From: an uncultured Ectothiorhodospiraceae bacterium
Lineage (GTDB): Bacteria > Bacteroidota > Ignavibacteria > SZUA-365 > GCA-2699105
Direction of reading: 5' to 3'
DNA: 64,000 bases
Assembly (NCBI GenBank): GCA_964408855.1
Contig: CAYPBB010000017.1
Span: forward strand, 2,148 to 66,147
Position numbers and translations under genes: made by a program. Below the pieces are notes generated by a model, which saw nothing but the letters and a program-made list of their open reading frames with translations, made no database searches and was not told the DNA's origin. Of the stretch, positions 41,495 through 51,482 are shown in pieces (positions within the stretch are counted from its first letter, which is position 1; every line of letters begins with the position of its first letter).

Positions 41495-42547
41495 TTAATG
41501 ATCCTGATGTACATACATGCCGATGAAGAATGAAGAGAGGATCGTAAACACGTACGCTTGTACGAGACAGACGAACGTCTTCAGCAACGTCATGGCAATG
41601 AGAAACGCAATCGCCGGCAAGCCGATGAATACGCTGTCGAGTCCGAAGATGAGCGCATAGAACGCGCCGATCAGCAATCCGCCCGATACCATGTTCGCGA
41701 AAAGACGAACGGCGAGGGCGAACGGCTTCGTGAAGACGCTCATGAGCTCGATCGGTCCGAGAATAAAATACAGGGGCCAGGGCAGCCCGTGCGGCACCAG
41801 CCCTTTGACAAATCCGAATACGCCGTTCGCGCGCATACCGCCGCCGACCATGAAGCTCAGCGAAATCAGTGCAAGTCCGGCTGTGACGTTGATATTTCCC
41901 GTTGCGGTTGCGCCGAACGGCAGCAACCCGATAAGATTCATTGTGAGAATGAAGAAGAAGAAGGTCAGAAGTACATACAGATATCTGTGAGCATCGTGCC
42001 CAAGGAACGGTTCGGCAACTTCGTCGCGGATGAACTTTACAATCGCTTCGATCATGTTCCCGAATCCGCGGGGCACCTTGTTGCGCGCATTCTGGCGCGC
42101 CGCCATCGAGGTAAGCAGGAAGGTCAGCAGCGCGGCAAGCATCATATAGATGATATGCCTGTTCAGCGACATGTTGATTTTGAATCCTGCGATATTGACG
42201 ACCCAGTTCTGGGGGAGCTCGATGGTCGGAATCGGCCATTCGTGAATGTAATTGGTGTTTTCGACCTTATGGCTAAGGATCGAAAACATCTCTTCTTTCG
42301 GCGTGAGCTTGGAGAGATCGTGCGCCCCGTGGGAGGAATGCGCCGTATCGGCTCCATGCGTGCCGGGTTCGCCATGCGTGCCGGGTTCGCCATGCGTCGT
42401 TCCCTGCGTCTGCCCGCTCTGCTGACCATGCGTTTCGCCTGTTCCCTGCTGCGTATGCTGCGCAACCAGAATGGAGGCGCCCGGCGTACCAAGCGCGATA
42501 ACGAAGAAAGCTGTCAGAACAAAACGATGGACGCGGGTCATAATCAT
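41495..42547 (-). CDS. atpB: F0 ATP synthase subunit a with N-terminal signal-like TM and His/Gly/Thr-rich extension
   Basis: Core 'LLPFGATATGNINVT', 'RLFANMVSGG'. The N-terminal 86 aa contain a (HGEPGT)n repeat encoded by an in-frame 18-bp tandem repeat at 42345-42392. A shorter alternative start is MFSILSH at 42289. Confidence 0.8.
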   Translation of the reverse strand: MIMTRVHRFVLTAFFVIALGTPGASILVAQHTQQGTGETHGQQSGQTQGTTHGEPGTHGEPGTHGADTAHSSHGAHDLSKLTPKEEMFSILSHKVENTNYIHEWPIPTIELPQNWVVNIAGFKINMSLNRHIIYMMLAALLTFLLTSMAARQNARNKVPRGFGNMIEAIVKFIRDEVAEPFLGHDAHRYLYVLLTFFFFILTMNLIGLLPFGATATGNINVTAGLALISLSFMVGGGMRANGVFGFVKGLVPHGLPWPLYFILGPIELMSVFTKPFALAVRLFANMVSGGLLIGAFYALIFGLDSVFIGLPAIAFLIAMTLLKTFVCLVQAYVFTILSSFFIGMYVHQDH

Positions 42548-42554
42548 GTCTGCC

Positions 42555-43019
42555 TTATGGTTCTACGACTGACAAAGCGAGTTTCTTTTGTTCCTTCATC
42601 AAATCAACCTTCCGGTTGATGTAGACGACTTCAAACATCAGAAACACAATGTAACTTATCATGAACGAGAGGATGAAGGGCGCCAGCAGGACGTCCAGCA
42701 TCACTAAAATAATTGCGATCGATCCGATCATCAGGAAGAAGCGAAGCGCCTGCCCCCCGAGAGTGAATACGACAAACAGGTTGTTGTTGTACTGGAATCC
42801 GCGTTCGATAAACATGTATCCCAGAAACGCATTCGTCAAACTCAGAATGCATCCTGCCATCACATCTGCGATGAGATGCGATTTTGTGACTTGGGATACT
42901 GCAAATGCAAGGAATAATAGTCCAATGCTGGAGAGGAACACGAGACGCGGAACGGTGTTTTCTGTAGTCCTGGACGAGAGGCCTTTCACAGTGGCTACAA
43001 GAAGTTTTGTTAGTGTCAT
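42555..43019 (-). CDS. AtpI-like ATP synthase protein I (small membrane protein upstream of atpB)
   Basis: Four predicted TM. Start ATG overlaps the upstream gene's stop (ATGA). Position is as atpI in F-type operons. Confidence 0.5.
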   Translation of the reverse strand: MTLTKLLVATVKGLSSRTTENTVPRLVFLSSIGLLFLAFAVSQVTKSHLIADVMAGCILSLTNAFLGYMFIERGFQYNNNLFVVFTLGGQALRFFLMIGSIAIILVMLDVLLAPFILSFMISYIVFLMFEVVYINRKVDLMKEQKKLALSVVEP

Positions 43020-43246
43020 CCTTTTGTGTTGGTGCGTTTTTTGGTACTGAGTTCCATTGCGGATTTCACGAACGTTACCAGCCCGAATACGACTCCCAAA
43101 ACACTTCCTGCAACCGTCAGATAGGGGTAGAAATGCAACCACTTATCCAATCCGTACCCGATTCCGAAGCACAACAGAATTGTTGCGATAAGTTGATACG
43201 AAAGGTTCGTATATGGCAGGAGGTCTTTCATTGCCTCCGCGAACAT
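43016..43246 (-). CDS. AtpZ/ATPase_gene1-like small membrane protein (PF09527-like)
   Basis: 'LLCFGIGYGLDKWLHFYPYLTVAGSVLGVVFGLVTF' matches the G-x-G-Y-x-L-D...P...G...G pattern of AtpZ. Confidence 0.55.
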   Translation of the reverse strand: MFAEAMKDLLPYTNLSYQLIATILLCFGIGYGLDKWLHFYPYLTVAGSVLGVVFGLVTFVKSAMELSTKKRTNTKG

Positions 43247-43457
43247 TTTCGTAGAACTCACAGTCCTGCGTTTTGGTGCTTCCGGAGAACCGGTCATCGC
43301 GTTTCGGCGAACAGTATCAGGATTCTAATTGAGATACGGCGACTCGTTAATTGTAACGCGCTTATCCGAATATCACAGCAAAATACGGAAAATTTTGCTA
43401 TAGATACAATGTAAACACACCTGCCTCACCAAATGTGCCCAAAATCGAAAAAAAATT

Positions 43458-44948
43458 TTAGCGCCGGTTTCTCCGCAACCGCTTCATCAACATTTTTATC
43501 TTCTCTACCAGGAGAAGCCATAGCGAGATACCCTTCAAGCCCTGTACCGCAAGTAAAAAGTTGAGGTCTGTGCGTTCTTCCTGCTCCATCTGCGCAGCGG
43601 CGGCTACTTCGCCCGGTTCGAAACCCGGATGAAGCTGATGATCGAGCACTTCCAGCAATTTCTTCTGAATGTTCTCGAGATCGGCATGAAGCTGCAGGCT
43701 GATAGAATGCTTGAGGAGAAAAGCAATATGATCGCTCAATAGCGCCAGTTTTCGCAGAAGCGCGGGACTTGAATGGCGCTCCAGCTCTTCCAGCAGTTTT
43801 TCCGCCAGGTCCTGCAGTTCCCGCAAGGCTTCCGGAGAAAAATCCAGCACGGTAGCGATGTCGATATCCTGAATATTTACATAGACTTCGGAAAGCCGCT
43901 CCAGTTCGTGCCCGTACCCGACGACGATTTCCTCCGTCATCGCATCGACCTGACGTTTGAGTTCGGCTTCGCAGTGCCGGATTCTGTCGTCGAGACGTTG
44001 TCTGCCTACCGTCGATTGCTCACGTTCGCGCTGTTTGCGGAGTTCTTCTATTCTGCGTTGAATTTTCTCGATCAGCCGGTGCTGCGAGGTATCATCCTCG
44101 AATAGCTGTTCCTTGATGAAGCTGTTCGAAACGTATACCCTCGTCTTGCCGATTTTGATGGTGTGAATCTTGATATCGTCGGCGAGAAGATCGCGAAGAC
44201 GGACTTCGTTCAGGGCGCAGGCGCCGTCGGTAATGACGAGAATCTCCGTTTTTGCGAGTCTGGGAATCGACCGGATGTCTGCGATCGCTTTTTCGATTGC
44301 CGGCGCCATCGCCGTTCCGTTGCCGAGCGCATGATGGCGCATGATGTACTGAATCAGCTTATGGAAGCTGTCGTTGTCGTGCGCGCTGTGCATTTCTCCG
44401 ATTTTTGTGTCGAAGGTCCGGAGGCTGATGTACCCCAATTCGCGCATATTGTGCTTCAGGAAATGATAGGTTGCAGCCTTCGCAATGTTGATCCGGTTCT
44501 TGATGGCCATCGAACTTGACGTATCCAGCAACAGATACACATTCTGCTTCCTGCTGTCCGGGTGGTACCCTTCCGGATCGGGTTCGACAGAGTGGTACAC
44601 CGGGATGCGCGCGTATGGAACCCACAATTCTTTTTTGGCGAGTTTCCGAAAAAACACCTCCTCCGGAAGAAGCCATTGGAAGTTGTAAATCCGGGGCAAA
44701 TGCTGAGGAGAACGAATCAGATCGCTTTCGTATTCTTCGATTTCGTCGTGGAATATTTGGAGTTCCTCTTCGGCGATGAGCTTGTGCTCCTTGCCCGGCT
44801 CCATCTTGATCATCGTCAGAGCCGGGTACAGCGCTTCCGTCAGCGGGTGGCGTTCGTTTTCAAGCACACGCGCTATTTCGAAGACGGCGGTAAAGTCCTC
44901 CGGGAGTTCTTCGTAAATGTGGTCGAAGAACCCCATATCTTCCATCAT
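43458..44948 (-). CDS. von Willebrand factor A domain protein with N-terminal unknown domain and long C-terminal coiled coil (CoxE-like partner of MoxR ATPase)
   Basis: MIDAS 'YLLLDTSSSM...LVITDGA'. Start set at the first in-frame ATG (MMEDMGFF), 33 nt after the AAA gene's stop. Confidence 0.65.
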   Translation of the reverse strand: MMEDMGFFDHIYEELPEDFTAVFEIARVLENERHPLTEALYPALTMIKMEPGKEHKLIAEEELQIFHDEIEEYESDLIRSPQHLPRIYNFQWLLPEEVFFRKLAKKELWVPYARIPVYHSVEPDPEGYHPDSRKQNVYLLLDTSSSMAIKNRINIAKAATYHFLKHNMRELGYISLRTFDTKIGEMHSAHDNDSFHKLIQYIMRHHALGNGTAMAPAIEKAIADIRSIPRLAKTEILVITDGACALNEVRLRDLLADDIKIHTIKIGKTRVYVSNSFIKEQLFEDDTSQHRLIEKIQRRIEELRKQREREQSTVGRQRLDDRIRHCEAELKRQVDAMTEEIVVGYGHELERLSEVYVNIQDIDIATVLDFSPEALRELQDLAEKLLEELERHSSPALLRKLALLSDHIAFLLKHSISLQLHADLENIQKKLLEVLDHQLHPGFEPGEVAAAAQMEQEERTDLNFLLAVQGLKGISLWLLLVEKIKMLMKRLRRNRR

Positions 44949-44980
44949 ATCGAAAAATTGTTCGTACGAGCGGATCACCG

Positions 44981-46303
44981 TCAATTCCAGATGTGGGAAA
45001 CCGGATGGAACAGTTCGTAAATATCTTTTTCCTGTTGCTTCTTCAGTTCCTGGATATCCTCCGTCAATGGAGAGAAGCTTTTCAAATAGCCTTCGAGCAT
45101 GCGCCTGTTTTGTTCGACGGAATGCTCGGTCACCCCAAACGTCTCCTTTGCCCATTCAATGAGAGTTCTCCGAATGGGCGTGCTGTCCATTGCGGTCAGG
45201 GGTTCTTTGAGTAAATCCCTGTTCCGTTTCAGGGTTTCCAGAAATTCCTGGAATTCCAGCAACTGGCGCACCTGATCGAACGCGCTGGATGCGGAGTACT
45301 GGCGTAGAATCGTTTCGTACGATTTATGGAACAGTTCCTTCTGCTCATGCATCCCGACGATGGTGAACATGTACCAGAGTTTCGATACGTCCTCCTTCAC
45401 AACCTCAAGCCTGCCATGCAGCAGCGCGGAAATGCGCAGCAAATCCATGGCGCGTGCCTGCGTTCGAGGCGAGATATAGAAATCCTTCATGTGCGGATGC
45501 TGCTGGGGATGGTCCTTGATGAACCTGTTACGCTGCACCTCGTAATGTCGAATGACAAGGTTCGCGAAAAAGATACAATCCAGCGGAATCGTCACCTTTA
45601 AATCCTCATCTTCGCCCTTTATGATGCGGCTCATGCGCAACAACAAACTGTACGGAATGCGCTTTTGCGGAATCGAGGGTTTCCCGCGGTGTTCGAGGTA
45701 GCGCTGGGAAATCTGGTACTGCGTGTACGGCACTTTTTCGGGCAGGAACAACGACTTATACAGGAAGCGGTCGAGAACGGCTTCGGTAATTTCCGAGACG
45801 CGGAGGTAATTGGTCGCCGCAATGATGCTGTGAATTTTTGCGGGTACAAACTGTACGCCGAGAACGAGCGCGCGTTCGTTGAATGTGGTCAACAGTGCGC
45901 GGAGCGTATAGTCGTTCGCATCGAATATCTCGTCGATAAATCCGAATTCCGATTCGATCAACGAATTGGACGTATTGTGAACGATCCGGCCTTTCTTTAA
46001 TTCCTCGATATCCAGTCCGCCGAAATAGGTATCGGGTTGCTGCTCCTTCGACGCCTGCACCTTGAACAGGTCCGCTCCTTCGAACATCGTGAACACCTGC
46101 ATCACCAGAAGCGACTTGGCAGCTCCGGTGCGGCTTTGAATCAGCGCATGCTCACGGGCAAGCAGCGCGCAAAAAAGTTGGTCGACGACATCGGTGCGGT
46201 TGATGATGCGGCGGTTGACAAAATCGATTGCGTTGCGAAACGTGGTAATCGCTTCATCCAAATTGAACGGGTTTTGCACAGTTATTCCTGTCTGGATTCT
46301 CAA
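44981..46303 (-). CDS. MoxR-like AAA+ ATPase with degenerate Walker A and about 250-aa C-terminal extension
   Basis: 'HALIQSRTGAAKSLL' (the Walker A lysine is retained but the glycines are degenerate). Walker B 'FGFIDEIFDAN'. 'AATNYL' sensor region. Confidence 0.6.
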   Translation of the reverse strand: MRIQTGITVQNPFNLDEAITTFRNAIDFVNRRIINRTDVVDQLFCALLAREHALIQSRTGAAKSLLVMQVFTMFEGADLFKVQASKEQQPDTYFGGLDIEELKKGRIVHNTSNSLIESEFGFIDEIFDANDYTLRALLTTFNERALVLGVQFVPAKIHSIIAATNYLRVSEITEAVLDRFLYKSLFLPEKVPYTQYQISQRYLEHRGKPSIPQKRIPYSLLLRMSRIIKGEDEDLKVTIPLDCIFFANLVIRHYEVQRNRFIKDHPQQHPHMKDFYISPRTQARAMDLLRISALLHGRLEVVKEDVSKLWYMFTIVGMHEQKELFHKSYETILRQYSASSAFDQVRQLLEFQEFLETLKRNRDLLKEPLTAMDSTPIRRTLIEWAKETFGVTEHSVEQNRRMLEGYLKSFSPLTEDIQELKKQQEKDIYELFHPVSHIWN

Positions 46304-46539
46304 ACGAACGACAATTACATCTGAATTCGGGATTTCGGTGCTATTGAAATACGCGGTTTTCTGCGTATTCGAGCGGGGGACAGCGCCGGATTCAGAACCC
46401 CAACTGGTTGATATTCCGGCTTCGGAAGCGGCTATTGCCTTGACACTCTCTAAAATACTACGTAATTTACGCGGGTTAAGTGAGTCATTTACAGTTTCAC
46501 TTTAAGTCGTCCAACAATTACTCATCATCCGGACGTACT

Positions 46540-49539
46540 ATGACGCTACGAATTTTGCCGATAATCCTCCTTACAGTCCTCCTGTTCCAGACTTCTTCCG
46601 TATTCGCGCAGGATACGCCGGAGAAAGAACAGGATTACGCGTTCGCGCTTGGGCTGTTCAGGGACAAAAACTTCAAACTCGCCTTCGAGCAATTTACCAA
46701 ATTCCTCGATAAGTATCCCGGAAGCGAACTGAGCGTCGACGCGGAATACTATGCCGCCGAATGCCTGTATCAACAGGACGAATTTACCGACGCCGCAGCG
46801 AGGTTCTCGCTGTTTCAGGAACATTATCCCAAAAGCAAACTCGCCGACGACGCGGGATTCAGAGAAGGCGAAATTTATTTCCGGAAAGCGGAATTCGCAA
46901 CCGCGTTCGAGAATTTTTCCGGCGTAACCGCCGATTACCCGGACGGGAATCTGGCGCACGAAGCGGCCTACTGGGCGGGCGAATCGGCGTTGAAGGACGA
47001 GAACTATCCTTCCGCCATTAAATACTACCAGATTGCATACGAGCACTACCCCGAAGGACGAATCCGGGATTATGCGTTGTACTCCATTGCTTTTGTCTTT
47101 GAAAAGCAGGAAATGTACGACCGCGCGATTCAGACATATCAGGAACTCCTCCGCATCTTCCCGAAAAGCGATGTTGCCCCGAATGCATACACTCGCATCG
47201 GTGCATGTTACTATCAGCAAAAAGACTACCTGAAAACCATCGAATGGCTGAACGCGGCAACCGATAGTCCCAACGCCGAGAATGCAGCGGAACGTTTGTA
47301 TTTCAAAGCCGAGGCAAATTACCAGCTTCAGCGCTACGCCGAAGCGGAACAGTTGTATAAAGCGTTCCTGACCGCCTATCCGAACAATCCACGAGTGAGG
47401 CAATTGCAGTATTCCCTCGGATGGACCTACATCGAGCAGGAGAAGTATTCCGAAGCGGTGGCGGCGTTCAACAGTCTCAGCCAGGGAAGCGATGAAATCG
47501 CGGATGCAGCGCATTTCCGGAAAGGCATGTCGCTGAGACTGCAAAAGGATTTTGCCGGCGCGACCAAGGTGTTCGAGGAAATACTCCAGCAATCGCCCGA
47601 TGGCAAATACACGGACAACGCCTATTTCGAACTCGGCATGTCCGACTTCCAGAAAGAGGATTTCCACAGCGCAAAGTCCCGGTTTACCGCAGTAATACAG
47701 AACTTCAAGGAAAGCGACGTCCGCGCGGATGCATTCATGATGCTCGGAGAAGCCCACTTGAAGCTCGGTCAGCCGGCGGATGCGGTGACAGCCTTCTCGA
47801 ATGCCCTGGCGGCGAAAGACGCGAAGGAAAGCGTGCGGCAGACCTCGGCATTCCGTAAGCCGTTCGCGCAGTACCAGGCGGCGCAATACGCCGAAGCGGA
47901 ACAGGGATTTCAGGAATTCCTTACATCGTACCCGGCGGCGAACCGCAAACCCGACGCGTATGTCTGGATGGGCGAATCGCAGTTCAAACTCGAGAAATAC
48001 GACCAGGCGCTGCTTTCCTATAATCAGGCGCTGGCAATTACTTCCGATCCCCAGCTCAAGGAAGACGCGCTATATGGAATTGGATGGACGTATTTCCAAC
48101 AACAGAATTTTTCCGAAAGCGAAAAGATATTCAGGCAACTGCTGAAGGATTACAAAGGTGGGAAACACGACATGGACGGAAATGTCCGGCTCGGCGACGC
48201 CCTCTATGCACAGAAACGCTATAAAGAAGCCAGTGAAACATACCGTTTCGCGGCGGGCATGTATCCGGCGCATACGCTTGCACCGTACGCCCTGCTCCAA
48301 TTGGCAAATTGCGAATATAAGCTCGACCGAACGCCCAACGGCATATCCACGTTGCGAGATCTGCTAAAGAAATACCCGCAAACGGAATTCGCAGACGAAG
48401 CCCAGTACAGTATCGGTTGGATGTATTTCCGCAGCAAGGATTTTCCAGCCGCGATCGCGGAATTCGAAAAGGTGATTACCGGCTTCCCCGGCAGCGCCAC
48501 CGCGCCGCGCGCCCAGTACACCATCGGCGATGCGTACTACAACCAGGGCAAGTACCCGGAAGCCGAACTTGCCTACCGCAAAGTGCTCCAGAACTATCCC
48601 GAATCGGGATTGATTTCCGACGCGCTCGATGGAATTGTTCAGGCGCTTCGCATGCAGGGCAAGGATGCCGAGGCCGACCGCGTGAAGCTGGATTGGTTGA
48701 ATTCAAATCCTTCCAGCAAAGTCGCCGACGATGTCGTTTTCGGAAACGCGAAAAAAGCATATCTGGAGAAAGACCTCGACAACGCGATCGTGCTGTTGCA
48801 GAAATTTGTGAAAGACTATCCGGGCAGCGCCAGTTATCAGGAGGCGCTGGTTCTGCTGGGTCAGGCGCATTTGGAAAAAGACAATTACGAAGAAGCAAAA
48901 CGCGTCCTTACAGAATCTGTATCTGTTGCGCCGAATACCAAAGCCGCAGTCGAAGCCAAACTTCTGCTCGCTTCAATGGCTTCGGAAATGCAGAGTTTCG
49001 ATGAAGCGGTGACGATCTACGATCAGTTGCTATCGGATCCGGCGTTGAAGGGCAGAAAATCCGAAGTGCTGCTCCTTCGCGGCCTGGCGTACAAAAAGAA
49101 CCGCAATTTCGCCAAGGCAAAACCCGACTTCGAGACCGCCCGGAAAGACGAATCGAATCCCGCCATCCGGGATCAGGCGCTGATCGAGCTTGCAGTAATC
49201 GACGTCTACGAAGGAAAAACCGATAACGCGCTCGGCAGCCTCAATGCCATCGCGACCTCGCGCAACGACGAGATCGGCGCCCATGCTCAGTACCTGCTCG
49301 GCGAAATACTTCTTGATACGGATAGAAATGCCGAGGCGGAAAAAGCGCTGCTCCGCGTCGTGTATGTGTTCGCGGACGAAACCGCTTGGGCGGCTAAAGC
49401 GAGCCTCCTTCTTGGAAAAGAATACCAGGAAAAGGGCAACGCGCGCGAGGCGGCAAAAATGTATAAACGCATTATCGATATGTATGCCGGGACCGGAGAA
49501 GCGATGGAAGCCCAACGACTACTTTCGAGGTTACAGTGA
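46540..49539 (+). CDS. Large secreted tetratricopeptide-repeat protein (about 1000 aa, YbgF/CpoB-type TPRs)
   Basis: Signal peptide 'MTLRILPIILLTVLLFQTSSVFAQ'. Well over 20 TPR-like units with recurrent 'A.Y..G..Y....Y..A' periodicity. Confidence 0.75.
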   Translation: MTLRILPIILLTVLLFQTSSVFAQDTPEKEQDYAFALGLFRDKNFKLAFEQFTKFLDKYPGSELSVDAEYYAAECLYQQDEFTDAAARFSLFQEHYPKSKLADDAGFREGEIYFRKAEFATAFENFSGVTADYPDGNLAHEAAYWAGESALKDENYPSAIKYYQIAYEHYPEGRIRDYALYSIAFVFEKQEMYDRAIQTYQELLRIFPKSDVAPNAYTRIGACYYQQKDYLKTIEWLNAATDSPNAENAAERLYFKAEANYQLQRYAEAEQLYKAFLTAYPNNPRVRQLQYSLGWTYIEQEKYSEAVAAFNSLSQGSDEIADAAHFRKGMSLRLQKDFAGATKVFEEILQQSPDGKYTDNAYFELGMSDFQKEDFHSAKSRFTAVIQNFKESDVRADAFMMLGEAHLKLGQPADAVTAFSNALAAKDAKESVRQTSAFRKPFAQYQAAQYAEAEQGFQEFLTSYPAANRKPDAYVWMGESQFKLEKYDQALLSYNQALAITSDPQLKEDALYGIGWTYFQQQNFSESEKIFRQLLKDYKGGKHDMDGNVRLGDALYAQKRYKEASETYRFAAGMYPAHTLAPYALLQLANCEYKLDRTPNGISTLRDLLKKYPQTEFADEAQYSIGWMYFRSKDFPAAIAEFEKVITGFPGSATAPRAQYTIGDAYYNQGKYPEAELAYRKVLQNYPESGLISDALDGIVQALRMQGKDAEADRVKLDWLNSNPSSKVADDVVFGNAKKAYLEKDLDNAIVLLQKFVKDYPGSASYQEALVLLGQAHLEKDNYEEAKRVLTESVSVAPNTKAAVEAKLLLASMASEMQSFDEAVTIYDQLLSDPALKGRKSEVLLLRGLAYKKNRNFAKAKPDFETARKDESNPAIRDQALIELAVIDVYEGKTDNALGSLNAIATSRNDEIGAHAQYLLGEILLDTDRNAEAEKALLRVVYVFADETAWAAKASLLLGKEYQEKGNAREAAKMYKRIIDMYAGTGEAMEAQRLLSRLQ

Positions 49540-51260
49540 GCATCCGCAGAACTCTTCTCATTCTGACGCTGCTTGCCTGCGCAGCCGGCGTCGCGGCGGC
49601 GCAGGAAAAACCTGTGCCTCCGCCGAAGGAATTCAAGCCCGAGACTGCGGAAGCGAAAAAATCCCTTCCTTCTCTCAATCTGCCGGAATACGTTATCACC
49701 GGGGCGGATGTGATCGCGTTTTCGGGGTATTCAAAGGAAGAGCTTGCGGTCGCCGACCCTGCATCGTTCTCCAAACGCGCCGGACGCGGAACGCGCGAAT
49801 CGTGGTACGGCGACCCGCGACCAGTCAAGGATCTGATCTCGCCCAGCGAAATCTATGGGAATAAATACACGAGCCTGCTGCGGGTGGGATTCGGGAGTTT
49901 CTCGACTCCGTACCTCGAAGCCTGGTATAATAACAGCTTCACCAAAGCAGACATCAACGCGCATACCGTGATTGAGAAAAGCGATGGACATGTCGACGAT
50001 GCCGGCTATTCGCGGTTCGCGTTCGATATTAACGGCGGGAGTTGGTTCCCATCCAATGATGCCCCGCTGATTGCCCGTTCCCGGATCGAAGGGAAGATTG
50101 CATACCGTTACCATGATTACGGTCTGTACGCCAACGCCATACCCCTTTCAGAGAAGCAGTTCGAATTCGACCGCACGACGAACGAGCTTGATTTCGGCGT
50201 GGGTCTGGTATCCCGCGAAAATGCGCTGTTCGATTACAGCGCGCGGCTGTTTGGAGAACATACGTCGATGGACGACAGACTCTCCGTCCACGCAGCCGAT
50301 ACGGCGCTGTTCGATTTCGATGCGCAGGAATTCACCATAGGTACCAATATCTCTGTTGCGACGCAGGCAGGCGAACTCCCGCTGCGAGGAACTCTTCTTG
50401 CCGCTGTTTCGGATGCGGGTTCCACGCCGGGCAGCGAAGACACTCCGGGTTTCTTCCAGCTTCGCGGTGAAAGCGAATACTGGTTCCGCCCGGACCTGAT
50501 GCTCCGTTTCGGTGCAATGCTGTTTTCTCTCGCCAATTCCGACGGCACAGGCTCGACGTCGGCGTACCCCACATTATATGGCGAGTACTATTTCGACAAC
50601 GAAATGCGCGTCTTCCTCGGATACACTCCATCCGTCGACCGCAACTCAATCCGCCGTCTCATTGGAATCAATCCATACCTCACGGTGTGCCCCGTCGTCC
50701 GCCACCAGGAAACGCCTGTTGCATTCCAGCTTGGACTCGCATACGACGTGCGCAAGGGCCTCGCGCTTTCGGCATATGTCGATTACCGCGAAACGGACAA
50801 TTATCCGGCATTCGTCCGTCTTCCGCAGCCGTTGAACCAGCAGTGGGATGTCGACTACAGCGGGACATCGAAAATCTTCAGTCTGCATGCCGAGACCGAG
50901 GTCCGAGTCAGCAACGTCGCGACCGCCGCGGGCGAATTTATCGTACGTTCGAGCGAAAACTCGCTCACAGGCGCAAGCGTTGTGTATCTCCCGAACTACG
51001 AGTTCTCCTTCGTGTATACTCACAGGTTCCCGTTCGGATTGCGGCTTCTCGGCTCGTTGAAAGTTCTCGGCGACCGGCGCGCCGACGAAGAAGATCTCGG
51101 AACGCTTCTCTATATCGGGGGAGAAGCGCAATACTGGATTATCGAAAACGTGGGAGCATTCCTGCGTGTCAGCAATATTATCGATCAAACCTACCAGCTA
51201 TGGCAGGGGTACGACCAGGCGCCTCTGTTCCTCATGGCCGGCATACAAGCGCGGTTCTAG
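49536..51260 (+). CDS. Putative outer-membrane beta-barrel protein
   Basis: Signal peptide 'MSIRRTLLILTLLACAAGVAAAQ'. Alternating-hydrophobic strands. C-terminal aromatic '...GIQARF'. Overlaps the TPR gene stop by 4 nt. Confidence 0.5.
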   Translation: MSIRRTLLILTLLACAAGVAAAQEKPVPPPKEFKPETAEAKKSLPSLNLPEYVITGADVIAFSGYSKEELAVADPASFSKRAGRGTRESWYGDPRPVKDLISPSEIYGNKYTSLLRVGFGSFSTPYLEAWYNNSFTKADINAHTVIEKSDGHVDDAGYSRFAFDINGGSWFPSNDAPLIARSRIEGKIAYRYHDYGLYANAIPLSEKQFEFDRTTNELDFGVGLVSRENALFDYSARLFGEHTSMDDRLSVHAADTALFDFDAQEFTIGTNISVATQAGELPLRGTLLAAVSDAGSTPGSEDTPGFFQLRGESEYWFRPDLMLRFGAMLFSLANSDGTGSTSAYPTLYGEYYFDNEMRVFLGYTPSVDRNSIRRLIGINPYLTVCPVVRHQETPVAFQLGLAYDVRKGLALSAYVDYRETDNYPAFVRLPQPLNQQWDVDYSGTSKIFSLHAETEVRVSNVATAAGEFIVRSSENSLTGASVVYLPNYEFSFVYTHRFPFGLRLLGSLKVLGDRRADEEDLGTLLYIGGEAQYWIIENVGAFLRVSNIIDQTYQLWQGYDQAPLFLMAGIQARF

Positions 51261-51263
51261 CCT

Positions 51264-51476
51264 ATGATCAGCGACGAAGACATTATTGCAAAAGCGGTGT
51301 GGAGCCTTCATATCCCTCCGCGCGACGTCGTGGAAATCTACCACCGGTTTGTTTCCACAATCGTCGCAGAACTAAAGAGCGGGCGTTCCGTCACAATTCC
51401 CGACATAGGAACGCTTTCTCCCGGCAACAACGGAGTGGACTTCGCTCCTGCTCCATCAGCCCAACAACGAAGCTGA
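51264..51476 (+). CDS. Short HU/IHF-like fold protein (70 aa)
   Basis: 'VVEIYHRFVSTIVAELKSGRSVTIPDIGTL' parallels the HU helix2-beta1 region ('...EALKKGDKVQLVGFGTF'). Confidence 0.4.
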   Translation: MISDEDIIAKAVWSLHIPPRDVVEIYHRFVSTIVAELKSGRSVTIPDIGTLSPGNNGVDFAPAPSAQQRS

Positions 51477-51482
51477 GCTCCT

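Noticed and set aside
41451-42239. Upstream 263 codons of the 335-aa minus-strand ORF that contains atpE
   Set aside because: Only the last 72 codons (from 'MEFAWLAAGLG', with SD GGAGG) are subunit c. The remainder overlaps atpB in another frame and has no motif.
41558-42619. 353-aa plus-strand ORF
   Set aside because: Antisense to atpB. Artefact.
46546-47886. 446-aa minus-strand ORF
   Set aside because: Antisense to the 5' third of the TPR protein gene. No motifs.
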